Source: Diplonema japonicum | Lineage: Eukaryota > Protista > Euglenozoa: Diplonemea | Length of the DNA stretch: 64,000 bases | Assembly: GCA_964019335.1 (NCBI GenBank) | Contig: OZ025683.1 | Span: 62,001-126,000, forward strand | Direction: 5' to 3' | Part shown: in pieces, positions 35,517-47,010 of the stretch | Layout: every line of letters begins with the position of its first letter | How positions within the stretch are numbered: the stretch's first letter is position 1 | Made by a program: the position numbers and the translations under genes | The notes under the pieces: model-generated | Database searches by the model: none | What the model saw: the letters and a program-made list of their open reading frames with translations, nothing else | Told to the model about the DNA's origin: nothing

Positions 35517-36586
35517 TCAAGGTGCGGGACACTCGGGCTTGGGGGGCGGGTTGTAGAAGTTGGGGTGGTACTTTGTGAGGTACTCATGGTAGCACACCTG
35601 TTAGTTTTAAGGCTTAGTGAGACGCATACCTGTTCCATTGTGAGCCTGTCGGCCTCGTTCCTGCTGAGAGTCACGTTGAGGAAGCTCTTGCAGTCCTCGC
35701 TGAGATGCTCTGGTACGTGGACAGTAGCCTGTTGGGTGTGTTTGTGGATAATACACATACATGTGCAATCGCATCGCAAGTACTCTTTTGATCCTCGTAG
35801 CCTGAAAAGGGTGTGTGGCCCAGCAACATTTCGTAAGCCATAACCCCTAGAGCCCACACATCCGACTTGTACCCCATGCCACCATTGTTCAAGAACTCAG
35901 GCGACAGGTAATCAAGAGTCCCGCACAGTGTGCCTCTCCTCTCAGCCCTGGTCTTCAGGACACCCACTGACCCGAAGTCAGCAAGCAGCAGGTTCCTGTC
36001 AGCATCGATCAAGCAGTTCTCGAGCTTCAGATCTCTATGAATGATCATGGGGTTGTGTTTGTGCAGGTACGCCAGTGCGAGAGCTGCTTGCTTGATGTAC
36101 TGTTATTTGTTGTTTGGTTGAATAGTGCGAACATACGAATGCAACATCCTCCTCCTTCATGTGCCCCAAGGCGTCTCCGAAGTAGTTGAACAGGTCACCG
36201 TTTTCACAGTACTGCAGAACCAGATATTTATATGTGAGGTCCTCGAATGTGGTGTAAAGCCTCACAATGAACGGGTGTCTGAGTTTCTGGTGGGTTCTTG
36301 TCTCAGCCGACCATGATGAGCGCACTGCGATGGCTCTTTCGTTGGGCATTGTTTCCAAAATACTCTTATCAAGGCGTTTAAGGGCAACAATCTTGCCCGT
36401 TACCTTCTCTCTAGCCTTATAGACGACAGCCAACTCCGTTCTGCCAATCTCTGCAAGCAGTTCAAACTGATCGACTGAGGTTAATTTTGGTAGTTCTTTC
36501 TCCTCTTCCGAGGCCACATGCTCCTTTACCAAAGGTTGCCCATCTGAGTCCCTCCTGAGCTTCACAATTTTCCTCTCCAGTTGCAT
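35517..36586 (-). CDS. Ser/Thr protein kinase, Aurora-like; introns 35598-35629, 35729-35760, 36100-36136
   Basis: VALK, LRHPFIVRLY, HRDLKLEN, LADFG, RRGTLCGTLDYLSPE, DVWALGV. Introns restore frame. Confidence 0.88.
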
Positions 36587-36759
36587 TGTTGTCTTCCTGT
36601 TATGAACGATACGTTGGAAACAAAATGAAAATAGAAAAGCAAGTATTGTAAACCAAGAAAGTGAATCACCGGGGAAACATTTTTTTTTTTTTTTTTTACT
36701 TTGACTTTTCAGAATTCCCAGGGGCTGACTAAGCAAAAACGTAACTTGACTGATGGGTG

Positions 36760-37911
36760 TCACCATTCGAGAAGGTGTTGGATTACCTCGGTCACCACTG
36801 CAACACAAACTGAGTTCCCTAACAACCTATACTGCTGTTTCAGCGTGGTTTCGGGGTGGAAGGTAAAACTGTCGGGAAAGCACAGCAGCTGCCGTATTTC
36901 ATCAGGGGTGAAATGCCGGATCTTCAGCTGCAGGAGGCCGCATGAATCAGGGCCCGCCTTGCACCCCGCTGTGTGTTCTGCAATGCAAGCCTTGACATCC
37001 TCCTTCGACGCAGCATTCAGGCACATCATACTCCCTGTGCCTTCCACGTACTGCGGGTAACCCTTGGTGAAGCACATCGATCCCTTGCTGTGAGGGAACA
37101 CAATATCCATGAGCCTGGTGAGAGGCGTGCAGAGCTGCGCTGCAGATAGCATGCGCTCCGGCACCTCCTCTACGCCTTTGTTAAAGAACTCTTGTAGTGT
37201 TGGCAACCCGATGGCCGCGACCCCTGCACCCGGAGGCACAGTGGACAGTGGGACAGCCATGCCGAACATAGGCCTGTTGTTTTCATCGTCACATTTCTTT
37301 TTAGCTATCAAATAATATCTAAGCCTGCTGTTAGGAACGCCTATTTGGTTAGGATTGAGGAGGTATTCCTTCACAGAGTAGCCTAGGGAGATGAGGAGCT
37401 CGTGTAGGTCGTCCCTCGGTGTCGAAGTCTCGAAATTTTTTACGTTCTCGATGAAGAGGATACCTGGGCGTTCTGTGTGGTGCATCTCTTCAAGAGTGTT
37501 CAGAAGGAAGTAGAAGGAGTTGGTGCGTGCATCGGAGCTGCCTTTCTGAAGACCCATCCGAGTGAAGGGTTGGCATGGAGGACTTGCCAACCATGCATCG
37601 GCTTTGATTTTACTTAGTTCCCCTTTCTTCAGACTCTCGATGCTGCACTGTCTCACTTTTGTCTCTCGGAAGTTGTGCTTGTAAGTTCTGTTTGCCAGAT
37701 CATTGATCTCAACACACATTGCCACCTTGCCTTTGACCCCTGCTCGCCTACATGCCTCGTCGAAGGCATAGTGGTTGCCACCGATCCCACTGTAGAAGTC
37801 AACAGCTGTGATCACCTCACCCGCTTGCCAAAGCCCACGTTTGTCCTCTTTATGGGCAGATAGCTCACCTTTCTTCAGTGCTGTCCTCACAGCAGCATCC
37901 CAGCAAGTCAT
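36760..37911 (-). CDS. DNMT2: tRNA (cytosine-C5) methyltransferase DNMT2/TRDMT1
   Basis: FYSGIGG, SPPCQPFTR, ENV, PNSRLRYY, the diagnostic CFTKGY..EGTGS, and LLGNSV. Confidence 0.93.
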   Translation of the reverse strand: MTCWDAAVRTALKKGELSAHKEDKRGLWQAGEVITAVDFYSGIGGNHYAFDEACRRAGVKGKVAMCVEINDLANRTYKHNFRETKVRQCSIESLKKGELSKIKADAWLASPPCQPFTRMGLQKGSSDARTNSFYFLLNTLEEMHHTERPGILFIENVKNFETSTPRDDLHELLISLGYSVKEYLLNPNQIGVPNSRLRYYLIAKKKCDDENNRPMFGMAVPLSTVPPGAGVAAIGLPTLQEFFNKGVEEVPERMLSAAQLCTPLTRLMDIVFPHSKGSMCFTKGYPQYVEGTGSMMCLNAASKEDVKACIAEHTAGCKAGPDSCGLLQLKIRHFTPDEIRQLLCFPDSFTFHPETTLKQQYRLLGNSVCVAVVTEVIQHLLEW

Positions 37912-38132
37912 AGATAGCACCCTATTTGTGGAAGTTTGTGCATGAAGCAACGAAAAATAGCAAAGACATAAAAGAGATAAAGGCAAAAACACGAAGAGAA
38001 GAACATAATGAAAACTTACTTTTTTTATTCTCCCCCATAGGGTTATGTTGGCAAAGAAACATGTTTCAAGTTTTTGAAAATACTGTAAAACAATTCACTA
38101 TGATAGGAACGAAGTGGTAGTCTGTAGCAACG

Positions 38133-38235
38133 GCCCACAACAAAAAAATCACCGGAAGATAAAATATCCGGACCGCCGAAACATCTGGTGATTTTTTCTT
38201 CTGGACATTTTATCTTCCAGACATTTTTTTGGGGC
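38133..38235. repeat. About 100-bp imperfect inverted repeat (MITE-like)
   Basis: CCGGAAGATAAAATATCCGGA is mirrored by TCTGGACATTTTATCTTCCAG, with outer CCC-A-run / T-run-GGG arms. Confidence 0.5.
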
Positions 38236-38442
38236 ACTTTCCAAGGGGGTACCTAGCCTGTCCTATGCACTGTCTCCCCCTGTCTGCTGCAGTTTCCCTT
38301 TTCTGTTGCAAGAGCCTTAAAGATGGTAAAAATAAAACTAAGAAAAGGGGTGAAGAAAGGGCAAGCAACGTCCTACCTGTCTGCACATCTTGTTTGCTGC
38401 CTTCGCAGCCTTAGCAGTGCACCTGGCCTCGGCCTCAGCAAG

Positions 38443-38598
38443 CAGTGATGGGTGAATCCGGTCCGGTCCGGTGTACCCATTTTACCGGTCTGACCGGACT
38501 GTGCGGACTGACCGGATCGGCCGGTCTGACCGGACTCAGAAATTTTCTGCAATTTTTGACACACCTGCAAACACTTTTTTTTCAAATATTTTTGGACA

Positions 38599-38653
<55 letters not shown>

Positions 38654-39872
38654 CTTCTTTTTCTTCTTCTTCATACCACAGACATGCACAGCTCCATCAA
38701 GCCATTTGACACATTTGCACCTATCTACTCCAGTGCACTGCAGCTGCAGGTATGTACAAATGTCCGGAAATGTTGTATTTGGATGTAATACAACCCGGCT
38801 GTGGTGATCGATGCGGAACACAGAAGAAGCTACAACCCGGCCGCGGTGAGAGATATGAGTTAAAGGACCTGCACAAGACTACTTGATTACAGGGGGTACA
38901 CCACAGCCGAGTTGTAGCTTCTTCTGCGTTCCGTGTCGTGTCCTTAATGTGTGTGGTGTTCAGCTCAACCCCAGCCGGGGCGTCCTGGGTAACCAAGATT
39001 CTGCTCGTGCAGGGGTGGGTCGTTCCGTTCCCTTCCGCCAAACTGAAAGTCGGAACTTGGCGGAATGGCAGAACCGGAACTTGGCGGAACAGGGAATTCC
39101 TTACCTTTTTTTTTTGTTTTAACAATATTATTGTCGAGACTAAAAACTAGTTGATGGCAGCGTAATGAGCTATTTTATTAGGTAAAATTCCGCTCGTGCA
39201 CACAAACAAATGGAGTGCCAAACTAGTTTATTTTATTTTTTTCCCCTTTTTTTTTCCTCTTTGCATCATCAAGGTTGAAAGTGGTGACTATATCACCACA
39301 ACACTGACAGCACAATATTCCGTGTCGTGTCCTTAATGTGTGCAATGTGCAGCTCAACACCAGCTGGTGCCCTAAGTAGTTTACTCACCCTGAGCATCTG
39401 CAATTTGTTCTTCCACTCAGGGTGCTACAGGTGATGACTGGCCAAGTGGATGGAGGAAAATGCCTGTTCGTCGTGTTGGTGGCGCCCGCACAAGAACTGT
39501 TTACTTGATACAGGGGGGCACTGCAGCCGAGTTGTAGCTTCTTCTGCATTGTTTGCTTGTTCTGTGTTGTGTTCTTAATGTGTGCAGTGTGCAGCTTAAC
39601 CCCAGCCGGAGCAACCCGGGGTAACCAAGATTCTGCGCTCATGCAGTTTGCTGCCAATTCATCACCCTGAGCACCTGCATTATGTCTCCGGGTTGTAGCT
39701 TCTTCTGCGTTCTGCATCGTGTCCTTAATCACCGCAGCCGAGTTGTAGCTTCTTCTGTGTTCCGTGTCGTGTCCTTAATGTGTGCGGTGTTCAGCTCAAC
39801 CCTAGCCAGGGTAACCAAGATTCTGCACTCGTGTGGTTTGCTTGGTGATGACTGATGAGGAGGTCAACAGTG
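38443..39872 (+). mobile_element. Non-autonomous hAT-type element family A, left part (truncated)
   Basis: Begins CAGTGATGGGTGAATCC, is colinear with 52089 onward, and breaks off into Polinton polB. Confidence 0.8.
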
Positions 39873-42625
39873 CTTCTAGTTCAGAAGATGACATCCATTT
39901 GAAGTTCTTGTATGGTAGCTCTTGAGTCATAGCGTGACCATAAAGGTTGTTGGCATCAATATAGAGAAGGTACTCATCGTCTGTCTTCCCCTCCACTTTC
40001 ATCTCAGCATACCTTGTCATGGCACACGTAAAACCACCACACTTCTCCTCAAAGAACATGTACATATCATGGTCTGTTAAATATTCAAGTTTTTCTCCTG
40101 TATGCTTAAAGAGACAATCCCAACTGAAGGATGGTGTTGAAAGATATTTGATAAAGTCCAAACCATAGCTCTCTTTCATTCGTTTCCTGTTATACAACAT
40201 CACATCAACCAACCCAGCAACATCTATTGCTAAGTAGAGATCGTGGAATTTCTTAAAGGAACCAAGACTAGTAACCAGTTCAGAAACCTTCTTGTGCTCT
40301 TCTTCACTGATACAGCTTTGGGTTAGATCTTCATACCACATCTTCTCTCTTTCCGCATGCTCTTTGAAGAAGTCCTCGTTAGAGATATTCATCTTCTTAT
40401 AATTGTTAAACCAAGAATAAGGAAAGTGCCCCTTTTTTAAGACATAGTCCCATAGGTGCGGTTCAAGGGTGAATTCCCCACTATCTTTTAAATTCGAAAG
40501 GTTCTTCTTCCATTCTTTTGAGAGGTCATCCTTCGATTCTTTTGGAAGGTTATCCTTTGATTCTTCTGGGAGGTTTTCTATCAATTTTGCTAGATTCGCT
40601 TGGAACATTATATATGAATCCTTGAAGACTAACTTGTGTAAGCTTATTCTCTTTTCCTCCCCTTCCTTGTTTATGAAAGTACAATGACAAGATGGCATTG
40701 TGACACTTATTTGAAGAACCTTTTCCTTGTTGTTGTTGATCATGGAAAGCTGGTCTGCCGAGATTCTATCACCAATCTTACTACTGAACAACTGTAACAA
40801 GAAATGGAAGTCATACCCCCTACCATTGTGGAAGTAGACTGGGGTTACATCATCATCAGAAACACTCCTGTTGCATTCATTGTGCGCCGCTCCTCTATAC
40901 TTCCCTGTGAGATGACAATGATCGCGCACCTTCTGTGTTTCTGTCTGTTCATTATTGAACTTCTCTCCGCAGTACATACATTTTTCAGCTCTTTTATGAT
41001 CTTCTTGTTGTTTTTCTGTGATAATCATGTTGTTTATGTTTTCATACTTTTTTTCTTCGTTCTTTTAGGAAGTTCTTGATCTGTCCACTTGTCTTGTCAC
41101 AAGCATCGAAGAATGCATCCATAACCTTCTTTGAGTACTCCTCTTGGTTCTCAATTCCTCTCATATCGAGACTGGTGCTATCATATATCCATCCTTCGAT
41201 ATCAAGGTCATCTCTCGGTACAACCTGCATCCTCCAAGAAGCTGGCATGTGATGTTGTATATTTTCTGACTTTGTCTTCCCCTTTACCTCTTCGGCTTCA
41301 AAGTCTGCCACGATAAAGAAGGGATTTTCAATCATGTTCTTATAGTTTTTAAACTTAATATCCCCAGGCTTTGGCATGTTAACCTTTGCTGGCTCATTGT
41401 TGAAACATCGTTCTTCGTGTTCCTGTAACCTTTCCTTTGTTGTCATTGAGTGCATGCAGTTGATACACACATGTTGGTTGTCCTCACATCCACCAATAAA
41501 GGCATTCAGTTTGTTAACATAAACATAGTGCTCATCATAGTGGTAAAGGTTGATGGTGTCTTCTGATCTTCTTGCTTTGTGTGTCAGACACATTGCTTTA
41601 GGTTTCCCTGAAAACACATTTACTACGGTTCCAGGGTTGTTCTTCATGAAGAGTTCAATATCTTTTGAAGTAGTTTGTTCCTTTGTACTTATACCATCGA
41701 AGTTATACTTGCTCTTCTTAAAGCCCTTTGTTTTAGACCATTGATTGAGTTTTGTTCTTTCTGTGTGATTAGGATTGGTTTGCATCAGTTCATGAACCAT
41801 CACAGCTAATCTAAAGCATGCATTCTCTATATCCTTGTGTCCTACGTTTTTAACATTGATGCAGCTTCCAATACCTTTAGGAGTGGGTTTATATGTTCCA
41901 CCTCGGGAGATATTTGTGGCAAACAATGATAGCCTAACATACTTGATCTTATCGTATGTCCAGTTAGACCCATTCTCATCATATTCCCTGTTGTGTGCAT
42001 CCTGCATGATGTTATAGAAGAGTTGTTTGAGATCTGCTTCGTCAGAAATATTGAATTTTAGTTCCTTTCCAAGAACTCTCTCAGATGTTTCCCCTTCCTT
42101 ATTTGTGACAGTATAAGCAATACTCATTTTCAATTTGCATCCGATCATAACAGACTTCAAGAAGTCCTCTATCTCATTCTTTCCGTGTGTTTCGAGCTTT
42201 TTGATAAAAAGTTCCTGTTGTTGATGGATTATGTTTGTGTTAGTAGTGTAGGTCACATATCTTCCTTGGTTTATGATCTCTACTACAGCTTGAGCTTCCT
42301 CTTCATCACTTCTCTCACTTGTTTTGATAATACTCTTTAGCTGATTATCTTTTTTATCAAAGAACTTCTTTGCGCTTTCAATCTTTTCAGATAGGTTGTC
42401 TTGAAGTCCATTGAAGAAGTCATCTGCCTTATCCCCAACCTTCTCACGAGCTTCTTTTATATGGGTAGACAGCTTAGAGGCTTGGTCTTTCACACCCTTC
42501 AGCTTCCCTAAGAACGTCTCTGTGGCTTTCTTTACCTTGAGCAAAGGAACTTTCTCTTTAACCTTCTTCTTTACTTGTTTAAAGAGGTTTTCAAAAGGAT
42601 CCATTTTTCTATAATTTTTTGTCAT
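39872..42625 (-). pseudogene. Protein-primed DNA polymerase B, frameshifted at about 41050 and truncated after motif A
   Basis: IVADFE (ExoI), C..C..VRDHCHLTGKYRGAAH..CN, FHN...YDFHF (ExoII), KG.FPY, YLAIDV, YIDANNLYGHAM. One extra A in an A7 run separates the two ORFs. Confidence 0.9.
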
Positions 42626-42672
42626 TTTTTTAAAAAAATAATTTATTTAAGTCACAAAAAAAAAAATATCTA

Positions 42673-43593
42673 TTAATCAAGGACAATCTCTATATCCTTG
42701 ACTTTTATTAGGTTTTCTAACCTTTCGGTTGAACCATCATTCAGTACCGCATTGACCTGTTTAAGTCTCACTATTGTGAAGGTCTCTTTTGAGTAACGTT
42801 GCTTAGTACCCTTTGAGAAGATGTTCCTGGTTAAAGCCTTCCGCACTTGATCACCAACCTTGAGTCTCGTCTGCTCAACTGAATAGTTCTTTTTAAGGTT
42901 ATCCTTCAAGATCTCCATGTCGTTCTTCTCAATTGAATCAGGTGTTCTCCCATGTAATGTTGTGTGAGGTGTCTTGTTGTAGGCTTCGATAAGCTTGTCC
43001 AGTGAGTCTACCCAGTTTGATGTATTGTTGATGGCAAAGTGCTTCTCCAACCTCTCTCTAACTGTCCTGCTGAAACGATCAATGATACCTAATGCACTAT
43101 GATCCCCAATCTCATTTGTGTCATGTTCAATGTTGTAGAGCTCAAAGAGGGTCGATACTTCATTGTTCAAAAACTCAGGTCCATTATCACTCATAAACCT
43201 CTTGGGGAGTGGATGGTTCTTAGGTAGCTTGTCAAGAAGCTTAACTATTCCCTCACGGGTCGCACTCTTGGTCTTCCTCTTCATTGGAATAGCATAAGCG
43301 TATCGTGCGAAGACATCTACGGCAATAAGTATCCAGGCATATCCACTGTTTGAACGCTTCAGTTTTTGAAAGTCTAAGAGATCCATCTGAATGAGATCGT
43401 TTGCCTTGAACGCAACAATGTGTCCCTTCAGCTTCTGAGGTGGTTGTCTGAAGAGTTGATTGGCTTCCTGTCTCTCAAGGAAGGCTTTAATCTGCTTCCT
43501 GGGGTACTTCTTTTCTCCTGTCTGCATCTTGTACAGCTTCTCAACAGATGTTATGTAGCCCGCACTTTCCCATAATGTGTCTAATGTTTGCAT
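42673..43593 (-). CDS. Polinton rve-type integrase
   Basis: QMDLLD, VDVFARYA, SDNGPEF, IIDRFSRT, YNKTPHTT, and C-terminal KVGDQVR..F.KG. Confidence 0.9.
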   Translation of the reverse strand: MQTLDTLWESAGYITSVEKLYKMQTGEKKYPRKQIKAFLERQEANQLFRQPPQKLKGHIVAFKANDLIQMDLLDFQKLKRSNSGYAWILIAVDVFARYAYAIPMKRKTKSATREGIVKLLDKLPKNHPLPKRFMSDNGPEFLNNEVSTLFELYNIEHDTNEIGDHSALGIIDRFSRTVRERLEKHFAINNTSNWVDSLDKLIEAYNKTPHTTLHGRTPDSIEKNDMEILKDNLKKNYSVEQTRLKVGDQVRKALTRNIFSKGTKQRYSKETFTIVRLKQVNAVLNDGSTERLENLIKVKDIEIVLD

Positions 43594-43610
43594 CTTTTTC
43601 TATAAAAAGA

Positions 43611-43982
43611 ATGACTTACCAAACCATCAATGTGTTACTATCAGAAGGTCAGAAGAAGTCTATACAGAAGGCTGTTGAAGACGGTGTGGGTGTGACCCTT
43701 AAGATTGATCCCTCAATGACAGGGAGTGACAGGTTAGCTATCACAATGACTCAAAAGAACAAGTTGATGAAAGCAGTAAATTCAAAGACAAGTGTGATGT
43801 TGAAGCTCTCAAAAACACAACTCTTGCACATGAGGAAGCAGGGTGGGTTCTTGCAATTCCTGGCACCTATCGCTGTTGCAGGTCTGAGTGCTCTAGCGGC
43901 TCATGGAGGGAAGAAGTTAGGACAGAAGATGTTTGGAAAAGGATTGTACATTCCAGGTAAGACTCTTCCTCGTTCTCTTTAA
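43611..43982 (+). CDS. Polinton virion core/membrane-active protein-like ORF
   Basis: KLSKTQL...QGGFL..L followed by an amphipathic Gly/Ala helix and G.GL, typical of Polinton protease substrates. Confidence 0.6.
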   Translation: MTYQTINVLLSEGQKKSIQKAVEDGVGVTLKIDPSMTGSDRLAITMTQKNKLMKAVNSKTSVMLKLSKTQLLHMRKQGGFLQFLAPIAVAGLSALAAHGGKKLGQKMFGKGLYIPGKTLPRSL

Positions 43983-43984
43983 AA

Positions 43985-44110
43985 ATGAAGGTGCATGAGA
44001 TAGACGGGTTATATGATTCCGATATCATTGAGTGGTGTAGGTACTATAAGATTCCCCTGCATGGTATCTTCATGCGAGATGAAGTTCCTCATGGTTTGAC
44101 AAATGGTGCC
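43985..44110 (+). pseudogene. N-terminus of Polinton adenain-like cysteine protease (truncated)
   Basis: L.DSDI..W...YKIPL.GIFMRDEVP; the expected N.D..GTHW segment is missing. Confidence 0.65.
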
Positions 44111-44174
44111 AAGCTCACACCAGTGTTTTTGCAAGGAGTGAGAAAAAAGGTTTCAGAATAAAAAACACCAAGGA

Positions 44175-44552
44175 TCATGCACTCCCTGCCTTGACTGTCT
44201 TGGGTAGCCAGCCATGCTCTTCCAAAGCTGCCATTGTCTCCTCAGGTGTCTTGTCCTTCCACTCTTTCTTCTCTTCGTCGTACATCCTCCCCAACAGGTA
44301 GTGCACATGCGCCATGTAGTGAAGGCGGATCGTGTTTCTCTGCTGTACCCTGAGGAGACCAAGTGCTTCTTTCTTCTCTCTGATGCTTTCAACCATGTCC
44401 AGCACAGCATCGGTATCCATGTACCCCAATCCGACAGGCCCTTGTTTAGCTATCTCCAAGCAAAGCTCTTCTTGGTCAGATGTCAACCCAGCATGTCTGA
44501 AGCGGTGTTTGAGACGCTTGTTCTGTTGCTCAACCTCTGTAATAATTGGCAT
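44175..44552 (-). CDS. Orphan 125-aa ORF inside the TE island
   Basis: ATG-initiated ORF with protein-like composition; no family recognised. Confidence 0.45.
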   Translation of the reverse strand: MPIITEVEQQNKRLKHRFRHAGLTSDQEELCLEIAKQGPVGLGYMDTDAVLDMVESIREKKEALGLLRVQQRNTIRLHYMAHVHYLLGRMYDEEKKEWKDKTPEETMAALEEHGWLPKTVKAGSA

Positions 44553-44581
44553 TATTCACTTTTTTTTTGACCATACTCTTT

Positions 44582-44747
44582 TCAAACCTCTCCTGGAAAT
44601 CCTTTGCATCCTTCACGGCCATCACTGTGAATGTATTTTTTAATCGTTTTCACATTGTGTGACATACAAGGTTCCAGGAAGTCTAGCTTCAACCCACGGA
44701 GGTTCCCGCTGAAGCAGGAGTAATACTCCTTCAGGTGGTCCTTATAC
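44582..44747 (-). pseudogene. Displaced 3' part of the P-loop ATPase gene at 48063-49043
   Basis: Joins in frame through the shared GTATAAG: ...GGKDKYK|DHLKEYYSCFSGNLRGL. Confidence 0.7.
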
Positions 44748-45171
44748 CAGTGTTGGTCCAGACCCTTGAGGGACTCAGGGGACTCCAAGGGACAGGACAG
44801 GAGTCCCCTGAAATTTTCAGGGGTCTGGAGGGGACTCAGGGGACTCAGGGGACTCAAGGGACAAAGGGGACTCAGGGGTCTGGAGGGGACTCAGGGGACT
44901 CTTGGGACCAAAAAATTTCTTTGTGTTTTTTGTGTCACAAAGACCCAAATTTAGGCTGGGGCTTGCATTTTTTTGGTACTTTTGGTTTCAAAAGTTCAAA
45001 AAAAGAGGTCCTAGGTTTGGGTGGGATCTTAGGCAAGGCTCATACTACCTTGTTGTGACTATGTAAAAAAAGAAAAAAAAATTAAAAAAAAAATTAAAAA
45101 AAATGTCTTGGGGTTTGGGGACCAGCTTTGAAAAAAAAATATTAAAAAGAGGCTTGCAAGAAAAGTACAAT

Positions 45172-45205
<34 letters not shown>
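44748..45205 (-). mobile_element. hAT-type family B right end (inverted)
   Basis: CAGTGTTGGTC terminus, GGGGACTC subterminal repeats; reverse complement of about 54890-55315. Confidence 0.8.
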
Positions 45206-46364
45206 CCTGGCATGTATTCCTTATCATGACAAAAGTACAACACAAATTATGTAAAAAAAAAAAAAGAAGAAAAAATCTAACTTTCAGTTATGAAAGGGCA
45301 GCCCTTCTGGGAGTTTTTTTTAGAAATTTCGACACAGAAAATATTTTATACACTGTATGGTACAATATAAAACGACACTTTGGTGTGTTGTGTTGTGTTA
45401 CTTCACATTTTTTGTGTCAAGTGAATGAAATGTGAACAGAAAACACATCATGTTGCTTCACATTGTGTTGCATTGCTGTCAGAGTCGATGTGTATTTATA
45501 CAGTATTTAGCCTTTGTTTATCATTTTCTTTGTATTATTTTTTACAATTAACAGATAAAATGATTGTGGTACTTGTTCTGTTTCTGTTCTTCGTTCCCGA
45601 CACCGAAGCTGTGCCAAGTAGTGAAGAAGGTGAAAGGGGTGCAGAGGGTGCAGAGGATAAGCACCAGAAACATGACTGCCAACTCAATATGGCATGGCAT
45701 GGGCTATGTTCAGGTAAATCTGAACTAGAGGAGGAGGAAGAAGAGGAGGAAATCAATACAAAAATGAAGAGAAAGGTTTAAACATTTGAAAAAAAAAAAA
45801 TAAAATAAATAAAATAAAGAAGTGCAAAAGAGAAAGTTCAAGTACAAGCAGCAGCAGTGGCAGCATCGATGGACGCATCTCAACGCAAAAGGCATCAACT
45901 GTGTTCTCACAGAAATATGTGAAAACACAAGACCTTACCCAGACTGGCAACAAGAATGGCCTCAGCCATGATGAAATGTTGCATTTCATGAAGGGGAAAG
46001 GAGAAGGCACAACCTTCAGAGCCCACGGCACTGGAGGGGAGCAACACAAGAAACCAACACAGGACGACATGGTTTCTGTCTGGGATGGGAAGATTGTTGG
46101 CATCTTGCCAGGTGTTGCTGTTTCGTGTGAGTATGCACAGGATCCTGGGTACCTGCACCACTTCCCCCCAAATGTGGAAGATGAACGGGTTTATCGTCTT
46201 GAGGCCAAGACAATAAACCACAACCCATACCAGCTTCATGATACCATGGCAAAACTTGGTCTTGCAAAAGCACGAATCACAGAGCTACAAGACACCATCA
46301 AAGTTCTGAAGGCTGAAGCCTACAACCTAAGGCAACACACACCTCGTCTGGAAACACACTAGTC

Positions 46365-47010
46365 ATGTTGGAAGCACCTGCCAAGGAATGTTCTACAACA
46401 CCCAAGACATCCATCTGGGACAACAAGACATGGTCTGTTGGTGATGCACATGGTATCAACCCTTCTAAGGAGTACTACTTTGGCAAGATAGTGACAAAGG
46501 AAAAGGATGGCACGGTCATGGAGAAGCGGCCGTGTCTTGCCCCTGAGTGTGTTGAACGTGTGGTGACCATCTGGTCAAGATTGGGGAAGCTGAAGGAGCA
46601 CTGGGAGTGCAGACACAGCCCTGGTGTGAAAGCGAAATTGGCAGAAAAGCTGAAGAAGAAGACAGCTGCAAAGATCCCCAAGCTGGTGAAAGAAAAGTGC
46701 AGTCCGATCTCTGAGCCAATGCCAGGGTTGTCGCTGTCACAGGGTTCGCCTCATTCTCAAGGCTCAAATCTCACAGCAAAGAGATGTGTTGTCCAAGAGA
46801 TGCAAGCCCTGAGTATGGTGGATTGTGTGTCCATTTTCCTTTGCCTGTATTGCCTGCCATTCGTTTTGTGTGATTGAAAGTTCTTTCACAGCTTTTTCGA
46901 TGCAGGCAAATTGAAAGGAATCAACAGGAAACATGTGCAAAGCCGTGTTGTTGAACTTGGACAGGAGACATACACTGCTGTCCTAAACAGGCTGCTGGGG
47001 AAAAAAAAAT
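46365..47010 (+). pseudogene. hAT transposase N-terminal relic (BED-like zinc finger plus DNA-binding region)
   Basis: SIW...C....C...LKEHW...H, then LPF.LCD*KFF..F and NRKHVQSRV in frame across one TGA (46875). Confidence 0.6.

Larger units (their letters stand above)
39872..44110. mobile_element. Polinton/Maverick (adintovirus-like) fragment, both ends lost
   Basis: AT-rich, intronless, tightly packed pPolB, rve integrase, GGFL-motif ORF and start of an adenain-type protease. Confidence 0.88.

Noticed and set aside
36760-37911. DNA methyltransferase or restriction-modification gene guarding the adjacent TE island
   Set aside because: The CFT..Y motif identifies DNMT2, primarily a tRNA methyltransferase. 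Adjacency alone is not evidence.
41028-41060. Programmed ribosomal frameshift in Polinton polB
   Set aside because: The join needs +1 at an A7 run, and -1 hits a stop. A homopolymer error or a mutation in a truncated copy is simpler.
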